Positions 9,445 to 18,840 of a stretch of DNA of 38,635 bases are shown piece by piece (position 1 is the stretch's first letter; every line of letters starts with the position of its first letter). Under the pieces are notes generated by a model, which saw nothing but the letters and a program-made list of their open reading frames with translations, ran no database searches and was not told the DNA's origin. Source of the stretch: Nitrosopumilaceae archaeon (lineage in GTDB: Archaea > Thermoproteota > Nitrososphaeria > Nitrososphaerales > Nitrosopumilaceae). The DNA lies in contig CBDATR010000001.1 of the NCBI GenBank assembly GCA_965200155.1, positions 1 to 38,635 on the forward strand, given 5' to 3'. The position numbers and the translations under genes are program-made.

Positions 9445-10743
9445 TCACACTTTTGTGGAAACAAATCGTTCTGTTGTCTCTGATATGTGTCGTATGTCAG
9501 AATCCGAGTGCGCCGTGGATATGGCACCCATCTTTCCCGGCAGAAAGAATATGCCCTGAGTCATTAGGTATTTGTGATATCTCTGCAGCATTTCGTGATT
9601 ACAATGTGCGGTATCTGTGGCGTTATTTACGGCGCTGATATCCTTATCCAGAAAGTGCACCATGAATAATGATCCTTCGCCGGTTACACTCACTCTATCA
9701 CCTAGTGTTTTTCTTAGGGCATCGCGCATGTTCTGTCCCATGCGGTTTATGCGGCTGTATGCATCCTGGTTCAGTGCACTCAGGGTTGCTGCGCCCGCTA
9801 CCATGGATACCGGGTGGGCAGAAAATGTTCCGCCTCCCACATAGCAGCGCTGATTCCTTGACATCTTGTATGTGTCTGCCAGACTCATCACATCTTCCTT
9901 GCCACAAATAACGCCAAGGGGCATGCCGCCCCCGACAACCTTTCCCAGGGTTACTATATCGGGATCCAAGTTTCTGTCCTGGTAGATACAACCGCGCCTG
10001 AGCCGGAACCCTGTCACAATCTCATCTAGCATGAACAGGCCACCGCAACCCTTGACATAGTCCTGTACTGTATGCAGGTACTCTGGGGTGGCCGGTATGC
10101 CGCCCCCGCCACCCAGCAGGGGCTCCATTATGACACCTGCTATATCCTCTCTTACGCGACCCATTATGTCAAGCGTCTTGTCTACGTCATTATACGGCAC
10201 AGACACAATATTGTCATCCCCTGTGCACCCGGTACTCTCAGGTTCTGAGAATGGCCAATTGACCGTCTTGAGAAGATCCGATGTGTATCCATGCCATCCA
10301 CCATCCATTTTTACTATAATCTTGCGACCTGTGGCGGCCCGTGCAAGCCTTACGGCATACATGGCGGCCTCAGTCCCTGATGCTACGTATCTCAACTTCT
10401 CCGCGGCTGGCACTGTGTCATGTAATATTCGAGACAGCCTTATGGTAGGCTCGTTGACCGTGCCATACATCCATCCAGATTCCAGCTGATCCACCATAGC
10501 CTTGTGTACAGTGTGCGGCTTGTGGCCCAATATGAGGGACCAGTGCCCCATCCAGTAGTCTGTATACTTGTTGCCATCTACATCCTCCAAATGATTGCCC
10601 TCTGATGATTGTACGACAAAGGGGTAGGGATCAAAGTACCGGATATTGTGTGATACACCGTTCACATGATACCTGCATGATTCGGAGAATGTTTCCTGGG
10701 ATGTGGGTGTCATGCTCCTGTATTTCTCCTCCCAGGCACTCAT
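9445..10743 (-). CDS. hemL: glutamate-1-semialdehyde 2,1-aminomutase (class III aminotransferase)
   Basis: DVDGNKYTDY, SGTEA, LDEIVTGFR, LGKVVGGGMP, GTFSAHP. Confidence 0.88.
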   Translation of the reverse strand: MSAWEEKYRSMTPTSQETFSESCRYHVNGVSHNIRYFDPYPFVVQSSEGNHLEDVDGNKYTDYWMGHWSLILGHKPHTVHKAMVDQLESGWMYGTVNEPTIRLSRILHDTVPAAEKLRYVASGTEAAMYAVRLARAATGRKIIVKMDGGWHGYTSDLLKTVNWPFSEPESTGCTGDDNIVSVPYNDVDKTLDIMGRVREDIAGVIMEPLLGGGGGIPATPEYLHTVQDYVKGCGGLFMLDEIVTGFRLRRGCIYQDRNLDPDIVTLGKVVGGGMPLGVICGKEDVMSLADTYKMSRNQRCYVGGGTFSAHPVSMVAGAATLSALNQDAYSRINRMGQNMRDALRKTLGDRVSVTGEGSLFMVHFLDKDISAVNNATDTAHCNHEMLQRYHKYLMTQGIFFLPGKMGAISTAHSDSDIRHISETTERFVSTKV

Positions 10744-10934
10744 GGTGATAATTTACTAGCACTCAATATATAGCGTCAACCATAAGTCTTTGATCATGGT
10801 TTTTCATGGAGCCCGTACTGGACTGATCCAGTAAAGCAGTGCATGGCTTTGGTTATTGGTTACACGTTACACACTGCTGCCTCTGGTTGGGCGGCAGAGC
10901 CACCCCGTGGACGACTCGCTCATCCGCCCTATGC

Positions 10935-12110
10935 AGAGACCGGTTACTCCACGCCGCGTTGATATTGGAATTCAGGGTTACATCGGGTACGGGTAACCGG
11001 TTCCTCTGCCACTAGTTGGACTTGCCTGTGTGATCACATGGGCGGCATGCTTGCCTGGATATCCCACTGGCATGCATTTTGTTCAAGCTTACCGTATTCA
11101 GTAACCATGGTGTGGGCGGCATGCTTGCCTGGATATACCACTGGCATGGCCGCCATCCCTATCTGCTTGGCCTCGCACTTCTGGTCTGGTTTTTGTAGGG
11201 AGCCACTAACGCGGCTCTCTCACATGAGGCGGTTCATTGCTCGTTTGCGGTTCCCATCGTGAGCAGTCATCTTTTACGGACAAGTTCCCAGCAGCTACCT
11301 TGTCCATACTTTTAGTGACTTCATGGACTATCCTATTGATGGAGTCATTCGCGATATTACTGGACTTCTCTTGTAGTGATATTTGTTTCCACATCTTCCT
11401 CTGGCGGCGCCTGCCCTTCCGGGTTTTCACACTGTACGAGTATCTACTCTCCCACAATATCTCATGTTGTGAATCTGTGTCAACTGTTGTAGCTATGTGT
11501 TTGCCACCGACATCCACTCCTTGAACCACGCCAGTTGGTATGTATTCAGCACACTCCTCTTTGATATGCGCCTCAAGTAAGCGTTCTCGTGACTTTGTTT
11601 TCTTGTAGGCTCTCTCAACTATCTTGAATGAGCGCATATCCCAAGAACAATCAACCGGCTTTGTTGTTCTGACAAAGTCGCGCAGACCTACCCAAAACCA
11701 CCGCGTCTTGTTGGCGGCCTTGTACATTATAGTGTGATTATCCCGTCGCTCTTCCGGCGAGACGGGATGTTACCGGAATTATCCTCACATGTACGCGACG
11801 GACGCATCCATGATGGTATCCTCGCCATACACAATGGTAACTCGCGTAACCACTCATTATTATGGCGCCACCGGGAGCAGCTTGCTTATCATGCCATTTC
11901 TTAGCATGACCTTGGGCGGGTGGAACTGGCGAGCATTAACAGGCTCCACATATCCGGAATCTTTCCCTCGACTATATCCTCTGGTAAGTCGAATATGCCC
12001 ATCTCCTCGACTTCCGGTATGCATTCATCGACTGCCATGTTGAATGCCACCCGTGAGTGCTCGCCCATTATCTTGGCCCGGAGAGAATCTTGTCCGGTTT
12101 TATGATGGTA
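10935..12110 (-). pseudogene. tnpB: TnpB-family RNA-guided nuclease remnant; ends approximate
   Basis: RVAFNMAV (N-terminus), GVDVGGKH (RuvC-I), RQACRPCDH (zinc finger), NINAA (degenerate RuvC-III); multiple frameshifts. Confidence 0.8.
11039..11148. repeat. two 36-bp direct repeats separated by 38 bp
   Basis: tgggcggcatgcttgcctggatat(c/a)ccactggcatg at 11039-11074 and 11113-11148. Confidence 0.9.
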
Positions 12111-12188
12111 CGAATCCCTCTTATGGTGGCCGCTACAGTTACTGTGTTCCTCGCTCTATTTTTTAACCGGTATGATTCAATACATATT

Positions 12189-12566
12189 ATGAATGGCATC
12201 CGTCCTCCCGTTATACTATATGATAACAAGTGCAATCTGTGCACAAGGTTTGCCCATATAGTTAACTGGCTGGCCCGGGGCAATCTCAGCATTGCCGGTC
12301 ACTATACCGCTCACGGGAACCGTATACGATCCGCGGTCTTGGATTCATCGGCGACAGAAATGTTCTGGGTAGTGGGGGAGCGCAAGGCATATGGGGGTAG
12401 GGCGGCGCTGCTACCCTTGGTGTCGGCTATCCTTACCGCCCGGGAAGGTCTGGGTCTGATGGGCGGTACCACGCAGTGTACCGATACATGCAGTGTCTTT
12501 GTACGCTCCGCCAGCATTTTGTCCCGTAGTCGCAAGATGGTATATGAACCGGTAAATATGCTGTAA
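12189..12566 (+). CDS. DCC1/DUF393-like thiol-disulfide oxidoreductase
   Basis: ILYDNKCNLC (DxxCxxC); ATG at 12189 lies outside the mobile element. Confidence 0.8.
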   Translation: MNGIRPPVILYDNKCNLCTRFAHIVNWLARGNLSIAGHYTAHGNRIRSAVLDSSATEMFWVVGERKAYGGRAALLPLVSAILTAREGLGLMGGTTQCTDTCSVFVRSASILSRSRKMVYEPVNML

Positions 12567-12598
12567 AATTAATTAAATCTAGAAAAATACAGCCTCTT

Positions 12599-13102
12599 GT
12601 GCAGTCCATACTCAGGGAAAATGGCGGCCTAGTATACCGACGTGCCACACCAGAAGACCTAATACCTGTCATGGAGATAAATCTCAAGACATTACCGGAG
12701 CACTACTCTGACTACTTTTATGAGAGTCTCCTAGCAGAACTGCCCGAGGCGTTCCTGGTTGCCTTGCAGGGGAATACCCATGTAGGCTATATCATGTGCA
12801 AGTCGGAGTATGGTTTTTCATGTTTTCGGCGCCTGGGATTTGTTAAAAAGGGACACCTTGTCTCGGTTGCGGTTCTTCCCGAGTACCGGCAGCGGGGAAT
12901 AGCCAGAATACTTGTTGAAGAGGCGCTCAAGGGAATCCAGGAAAGACAGTGCGTAGAGATGTACCTTGAGGTGCGTTGCAGTAACAATATAGCGGTAAAT
13001 CTGTACCAAAAGTTGGGCTTTATAATAAAACAGCAGCAGAGATCATACTACCGGGATGGCGAGGATGCGTTTTTGATGGCTATCGAATTCTCAAAACAGT
13101 AA
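12599..13102 (+). CDS. ard1: N-terminal acetyltransferase (Ard1/RimI-like)
   Basis: NLKTLPEHY, GHLVSVAV, LEVRCSN, YYRDGEDA. Confidence 0.92.
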   Translation: MQSILRENGGLVYRRATPEDLIPVMEINLKTLPEHYSDYFYESLLAELPEAFLVALQGNTHVGYIMCKSEYGFSCFRRLGFVKKGHLVSVAVLPEYRQRGIARILVEEALKGIQERQCVEMYLEVRCSNNIAVNLYQKLGFIIKQQQRSYYRDGEDAFLMAIEFSKQ

Positions 13103-13127
13103 ATAATTGGTGAGCGACCATTCTTGT

Positions 13128-13343
13128 ATGGAAAGGCGTCGGACCGCCGGAATAACAATTTTCGTCCTGTGTATCGGCGGGTTTTTCGTATATGCTTTTC
13201 TCCTAATGCTCTCAGAATGGAGTCCCATCGTAATGCAACTCTCCATGCTCATGATGGTGGGCGCAATAATGGGTGTAATTGCGTGGATTGGATACTCCAT
13301 GGCCACCACACGCCACTCACCTGCCTCCATAAGCGACGAGTGA
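13128..13343 (+). CDS. small two-helix membrane protein
   Basis: Two hydrophobic segments ending WIGYSMATT; follows ard1. Confidence 0.7.
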   Translation: MERRRTAGITIFVLCIGGFFVYAFLLMLSEWSPIVMQLSMLMMVGAIMGVIAWIGYSMATTRHSPASISDE

Positions 13344-13405
13344 CACCTGTGTGAATATACATCACGATGATTGGCACGTACCATTGGGGCGTGAGCTCTT
13401 GAATA

Positions 13406-13506
13406 GTATGAGTTCACGTCTTCCGGAATCTTATGCACAAATCACATTAACTAGAACAACCTGTTCCATCAGTTGTGCGTAAATTTAGACACAGGTGAAC
13501 TCATAC
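13406..13506 (+). mobile_element. MITE-A variant (101 bp)
   Basis: TIRs intact; TSD cttgaata; central gtcgcg replaced by agaacaacctgttcc. Confidence 0.95.
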
Positions 13507-14337
13507 CTTGAATATCCTGGCATCTACCACGGTCTGGTAATACCTGGGCCCCACCGCCCTGACCAGCCGGAACCCAATCACCTGCAACCTGGCATCCACT
13601 ACATCACTTAGGTGTTCTGCGGATAGGGCCGCGGCCTCCTGTTTCCTGTCCGCATGTATGTGTGAATAGTAGTGTATAATGCCCCCATTCCTGGTTACGC
13701 GTACGGCACAATCCAAAAACTCATCAGACCTCTCTGGGAGCGGCATAAGCGTACGGTCTGCCATATCGGGCATTGTGGACGCTATGTGACGCGCGTCATC
13801 CGTAACCGGAATCACCTTGCCCATAATCTTGTTGTGTCTCATACTCTCGATACACAATTCCGTAGCCCGGGGATTTACGTCAACATTATACACAGTACAT
13901 GGACTCTTTTTGGCTATCTGTACCGAGTATGCGCCCATGCCGCCGAACATATTCATGATCATCTCGCCATCACATACCATATCTGCGATACGGGCCCGTT
14001 CAGTAGAGAGTCGGGGTGAAAAGAATGCCTTTTCCACATCCACGGAGAATACACATCCATTCTCCTTGTATGTGGTCTTGGTGTCCCCGCTTCCCGCTAT
14101 TAATTCCAGGTTCCGTACGCGATACTCGCCACTCACGTCTGATATTTGGCAAAAAACCCTGTCTACTATCTTTATGTTATCTAATAGTGTCCTGCCAATA
14201 CATTCCCTCTTGGAGTGTAATGATGGCGGTATCCTAATCACTATGATGCTGCCTATCTGATCAAACGCCGATACCACAGAATGAATCTCTGTATCACTGA
14301 GTACGTCCTGCAGGGCGCGTTTAAGTAGCCGGGTCAA
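13501..14337 (-). CDS. Trm5/TYW2 (Met-10+) family tRNA-modifying SAM transferase
   Basis: FDQIGSI, KENGCVF, FFSPRLSTER, MFGGMG, IIHYY. Confidence 0.9.
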   Translation of the reverse strand: MTRLLKRALQDVLSDTEIHSVVSAFDQIGSIIVIRIPPSLHSKRECIGRTLLDNIKIVDRVFCQISDVSGEYRVRNLELIAGSGDTKTTYKENGCVFSVDVEKAFFSPRLSTERARIADMVCDGEMIMNMFGGMGAYSVQIAKKSPCTVYNVDVNPRATELCIESMRHNKIMGKVIPVTDDARHIASTMPDMADRTLMPLPERSDEFLDCAVRVTRNGGIIHYYSHIHADRKQEAAALSAEHLSDVVDARLQVIGFRLVRAVGPRYYQTVVDARIFKV

Positions 14338-16112
14338 CTGGAATAGTAGAACCGGCCATCGGATTTTTGCTGTTTGTCCAACCGGCTCTCCAATTTGTTC
14401 ACCCGGGGCCGCATTGTCTTTTCATCCCTCCGGAAGGACACTCCCAGTGATGCCAAAAAGTGGTTCATTGCTGCGGGCTTGGACATGGGCTCTGATGCCT
14501 GGCCATGCAACCCGGACTTGCCCTCGAATATTATAATCCTGTCCGATACCATGTCCAGAAGCTGCAGGTCATGATCAATTATGATGGCGGATCTGCCAAA
14601 GGATCTGACAAACTTTTGGACAAATTTTGCAACGGCTATACGATCCTCCACATCCAAAAACGCGGAGGGCTCATCAAGGCAGTAGAGATCAGCCTTCTGC
14701 AGCAAGGCGGCGGCCACGGCCACCTTCTGCAACTCCCCGCCGGACAGATTTCTGACAGATTTTGTGTACAGCTTTGTGACCCGGAGGGGCTTTATTATCT
14801 GCTCCTCCATCTGGCTACCTGCTATACTGCAGTCCGCCGCCTTGGCAAGAAGGGCTTCTACCTCCATGTCCGTGTCGCCTTGTAGATACTGCGGCTTGTA
14901 TGATATCTTTATCCCCTCTGTTATACTGCCAGAGTCTGGCTTGTGTATGCCTGCAAGTATCTTCATCATCGTGGTCTTGCCCAGCGCATTGGCGCCTATG
15001 ACGCCCAATATTTCACTCTGTCGTATCTCGCCCCCTGATATGTCCAGTGAAAATGACTGGTATGTCTTTGTCATGGCCGGATACTTCATTATTATCGTGT
15101 CTGAGAATACATCGTCGTTAGACGTTGATGCCACAAAAGTAAATCTCTTGTCGCGGAATCGTACGTTCTCTTGCGGCAGGTAACCGTCCAGAAATACGTT
15201 TATTCCAACCTTGGTGGACAAGACACTGGATACAATACCATACGCCGTTGGCTCGCCATATAACACGTCTATATAATCACTAAGTGAGTCCAGCAGTGTC
15301 AGGTCGTGCTCCACCACCATGACACTCTTGTTCATGTCTGCAAGACCCTGTATAACCTTGGCTACCCCCGTCCTCTGGAAGATATCATTATACGAGGATG
15401 GTTCATCAAAGAAGTAGAAGTCCGCGTCCTTGCATGCCGCCGCCGCTATGGACAGTCTTTGCAGTTCCCCGCCGCTAAGATCAGTCAGGGGTTGGTCCAC
15501 CGAGTTTCTCAGGTTTAGCTCATCGATAAGCGTACGTGCTGCGCCCCGCTCATCAAACTTGTCTAAAAGATCCCTTCCGGTTCCGTCAAAGGCGGTAGCC
15601 ACCTTGTGTACCTGTTGCGGTTTTATGGAGGCGCGGATATGACCGTTCTTTATCATGTCAAAATGTGCCCATAACTCGGTACCGGCAAAGCGCCGCAGTA
15701 CCGTATCCCAGTCTGGTGTATCTGCATATTCTCCGAGGTTTGGAATCATTCCACCTGATAATATGTTCACTACCGTACTCTTCCCCATGCCGTTGCGGCC
15801 CAGCAGTCCCACAACTTCCCCCTTTCTTGGTGTGGGCAGGCGGTACAGCCTGAAGGAATTCGGTCCGTACTGGTGCACCTTGTCGGTCTTTAGCTCTGAT
15901 GCCAAATTCACTATGGTAATTGCATCAAAGGGACACACCTTGACACATATGCCACAGCCGTTACAGATGTCCTCGTCTATGTGGGCTTTTTTATCATCCA
16001 GCGTGATGCAATCGGCGCCAGACTTGTTTACGGGACAGTATTTTATGCATTCCAGGCCACACTTTCTTGGCTGGCAGAGATCCTTGTCCAGGACTGCTAC
16101 TCTATGTGTCAC
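14334..16112 (-). CDS. ABCE1/RLI ribosome recycling ATPase
   Basis: N-terminal Fe-S Cys cluster; two ABC domains (GRNGMGKS, GANALGKT, LSGGELQ twice). Confidence 0.97.
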   Translation of the reverse strand: MTHRVAVLDKDLCQPRKCGLECIKYCPVNKSGADCITLDDKKAHIDEDICNGCGICVKVCPFDAITIVNLASELKTDKVHQYGPNSFRLYRLPTPRKGEVVGLLGRNGMGKSTVVNILSGGMIPNLGEYADTPDWDTVLRRFAGTELWAHFDMIKNGHIRASIKPQQVHKVATAFDGTGRDLLDKFDERGAARTLIDELNLRNSVDQPLTDLSGGELQRLSIAAAACKDADFYFFDEPSSYNDIFQRTGVAKVIQGLADMNKSVMVVEHDLTLLDSLSDYIDVLYGEPTAYGIVSSVLSTKVGINVFLDGYLPQENVRFRDKRFTFVASTSNDDVFSDTIIMKYPAMTKTYQSFSLDISGGEIRQSEILGVIGANALGKTTMMKILAGIHKPDSGSITEGIKISYKPQYLQGDTDMEVEALLAKAADCSIAGSQMEEQIIKPLRVTKLYTKSVRNLSGGELQKVAVAAALLQKADLYCLDEPSAFLDVEDRIAVAKFVQKFVRSFGRSAIIIDHDLQLLDMVSDRIIIFEGKSGLHGQASEPMSKPAAMNHFLASLGVSFRRDEKTMRPRVNKLESRLDKQQKSDGRFYYSS

Positions 16113-16170
16113 GGCGTGACATGCGCACTCGGGGTTTTATACTATTGTGGCTATATGGGTACCGTCAATA

Positions 16171-17213
16171 GTACGAAAAGTAAGTTCGCTTAGGATCCGG
16201 CGTACAGTAGTTCAGATTGCACAAACCACGAAAGGCTATGGTAAAGAGAATAACAGAGGAATCAATAGTAAGACAGCGCAAAAGAGGCGTTGCCGCCACC
16301 AAAATGTATGAGTTCACGTCTTCCGGAATCTTATGCACAAATCACATTAACTGTCGCGATCAGTTATGCGTAAATTTAGACACAGGTGAACTCACACCAA
16401 AATAGCTCAAGACCTGAAACAAGACACGTACGAAGATTATGAATCAGAGGACGGGAACTACTCGAGTAAAGATTGGCATGCCTATGATACCAATCACCGC
16501 CACCCAGATACGAATGGCAACTGAAGCATACAGCAAGGATCCCGCTGGAGTAGTACGTATTGAAGAGACTGATACATGATACATATCGCGCAGTATATCG
16601 CATAATGAAAAAGAACGGTACGGCAAGATCATCACCTGCAAAGTCAGAGTGGGTACGCTATGAGCGTAAATATTCCAATGCAATGTGGCACTGGCATGTC
16701 ATGAAAGATGAGCGCTTCGAGGGACTGAATCTCATAGATGATGCATCTAGGTGCATCGTCGGGGCGGCACTATTTGAGCATGCAACCTCAGAGAACGCCA
16801 CTCTATTACTGAGACTGGTAATGAAACGATTCGGCGCCCCTGCATCCATACTATCGGATAACGGCGCGTGTTCCGTAGGACAATAAAAGGGCAAGAAAAG
16901 CTGGAAACCCACTATTCGAGGAAGAACTGCTGGATCAAGACATCGTACTAATCAATTCCAGCCCATACCATCCACAGACAAATGGCAAACTGGAGCGCTT
17001 CTACAGAACGATTGAGGATGTGATATGGCATTATGACAGCCTCCGGGATTATGTAGACTACTACAATGAGAGAAGATTGCACTTCTTACTGTATAGATAA
17101 CGGCGAAACACCACTTCAGGAATAAAAAGGCGACCCAGACAATTAGGGCAAATGATGCAAAATGGATGGAGCGGGATGCCAATGACTAGCGGACCGACTT
17201 TTCATACATTACA
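16171..17213 (+). mobile_element. IS481-family remnant with frameshifted transposase
   Basis: IDDASR, ILSDNG, PYHPQTNGKLERF, YNERRLH; imperfect IR 16171-16190 / 17188-17207 (16/20); right end reads ACA at 17211-17213. Confidence 0.85.
16306..16395 (+). mobile_element. MITE-A inserted in the IS481 transposase
   Basis: TSD accaaaat; removing it restores ATKIAQDLK. Confidence 0.95.
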
Positions 17214-17310
17214 ATTGTTGGGCGCGATCCATTATACTAATATCTAAGACCAAAGTTTTTAACTTTTATCTTGCTTTAAAGTACCATATTTAGCTGCGCA
17301 CAATACCATA

Positions 17311-17414
17311 TTGACATGCCAAATTAACCACCTCCTTGGGGGCGCGCAAATAAGTCTGTGATAATTGCGATATTTTGATCAAATTAGTCGCCCAAAGACT
17401 TATGGTGGCCGCCA
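17311..17414. mobile_element. MITE-C remnant; left boundary approximate
   Basis: Ends in cttatggtggccgcca followed by TA; ttgacatgc segment shared with 38488-38578. Confidence 0.5.
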
Positions 17415-17464
17415 TAATTGTGGCGAACAGCCGCGCATAAATTTGGATATATTTGAACTCGTGC
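17415..17464 (+). repeat. highly degenerate right half of an old MITE-A
   Basis: taattgtggcgaacagccgcgcataaatttggatatatttgaactcgtgc aligns without gaps to the MITE-A 3' half. Confidence 0.65.
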
Positions 17465-17618
17465 AACAGAGGCGGGTTCCATAATTACACGCCCTACCTG
17501 ATGTCGTACTTGCATATCTTCAAATATTTATTATCAAAGTGGACGATATAACTGCCGCGTTTCTGTCGCACAAATACAGACAAATTCATGTGAACCAAGG
17601 ATATTCAGACTTAATAAT

Positions 17619-18095
17619 ATGCGCAACAATGTTGTTACTGTGAAAATAGACGAGCTAGACAAGAAAGTGATGTATAACTTGCACCTAGATAGTTCTACAT
17701 CCATACCCATTCTATCCAAAAAGCTTGGGGTAAATTCCTCTATGTTATATAGCCGGATAAAGCGACTGCTCAAAAATGGTGTGATCAAAAAATACACCAT
17801 ACAAGTGGATGACTCAAAGCTTGGTGTATATGTCTGTGCCCAGATAGGAATTAATCGCAGTCCCAAGTTAAAGCGATACATACATGAACAGCTTTTACAA
17901 TTTCCCAGCATTGTGTCAATAGCGGAAGTGTCAGGTAGGTTTGACCTAATGGTAACGGTGAGAGTAAAGAGCATAGAACTGCTACATTCCACCATAATTG
18001 ACAAGATAGGCAAGATGGAGGGTGTTCAAAATACAGAAACCTTTGTGGAGTTGGAGCGTATAGAAAAGGATCTGGAGTACTTAAAACCGGTCTAG
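17619..18095 (+). CDS. Lrp/AsnC family regulator
   Basis: IDELDKK..HTH..RIKRL..GVIK and VSGRFDL. Confidence 0.93.
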   Translation: MRNNVVTVKIDELDKKVMYNLHLDSSTSIPILSKKLGVNSSMLYSRIKRLLKNGVIKKYTIQVDDSKLGVYVCAQIGINRSPKLKRYIHEQLLQFPSIVSIAEVSGRFDLMVTVRVKSIELLHSTIIDKIGKMEGVQNTETFVELERIEKDLEYLKPV

Positions 18096-18571
18096 AACTT
18101 TTCGTCCCATGTACCAGAATTTATCTCTGTGGTTATCTCTTTTGGTGACTTACCCTCAATCTTTATTCCCAATGCTAAGCACGTTCCCACTATAGTTTTT
18201 GTTACAGACTTTACGGTGGTCGCATAAGAGGAATCTAGCTTTGTTTTGGCAATCTTGATAGCTGCGTCCATGGTTATCTCGCCCGCCCACTCGGTGCCAG
18301 AGGCTCCGGAGCCCTTTTTGACACCCGCCTCTTTGAGTATAAGTGGAGAGGACGAAGGTATGCCGACGTCTATTTCATATTTTTTTGTATCCGTGTCTAC
18401 CGATACAGTAACCGGTATCTTCATACCATCAAAGTCACTTGTTCGCTCGTTAATCTTCTTTATGACTTCCATGATATTTACTCCCAGAGGGCCCAATGCA
18501 GGACCCAAAGGAGGACCGGCCGAAGCGGCACCACCAGTTACCAAGGAGGATACAGTTTGAACTTGTCCCAT
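18092..18571 (-). CDS. rpl11: 50S ribosomal protein uL11
   Basis: GPPLGPALGPLGVN motif. Confidence 0.97.
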   Translation of the reverse strand: MGQVQTVSSLVTGGAASAGPPLGPALGPLGVNIMEVIKKINERTSDFDGMKIPVTVSVDTDTKKYEIDVGIPSSSPLILKEAGVKKGSGASGTEWAGEITMDAAIKIAKTKLDSSYATTVKSVTKTIVGTCLALGIKIEGKSPKEITTEINSGTWDEKF

Positions 18572-18840
18572 AATCACAAGCCAGGATGCAAAAATTTAAT
18601 CCTTTGTATAGTGGATTATGCATATAGGTCAGGGCATCCATGATAGTGGTAGATTTTGTGCGTGATCGTTTTGAACATAGTTGCTTTGCAGACCTATTTG
18701 CACAATGTCCAGTAAATACAATAACTCATACAGGTAACCAACCCCGTGCCAGAGGGCACACTATGCGATTCTCATTCACCGTAAAGTTAGCCAGATCCCG
18801 GATTTAGAATGCCAGTGTCACTGCCCAGTACGGCAGTTAG

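Larger units (their letters stand above)
10771..12135 (-). mobile_element. TIR-bounded element carrying a decayed tnpB (copy A)
   Basis: Inverted repeats tagcgtcaaccataag (10771-10786) / cttatggtggccgcta (12120-12135), 14/16 match; tnpB fragments between them. Confidence 0.7.

Noticed and set aside
11039-11148. Bona fide CRISPR array
   Set aside because: Only two units, the repeat is tnpB coding sequence, and there is no leader or cas gene; kept only as a finding.
12057-12188. Hydrophobic N-terminal extension of the DUF393 protein
   Set aside because: It reads through the element TIR; ATG 12189 fits the domain start.
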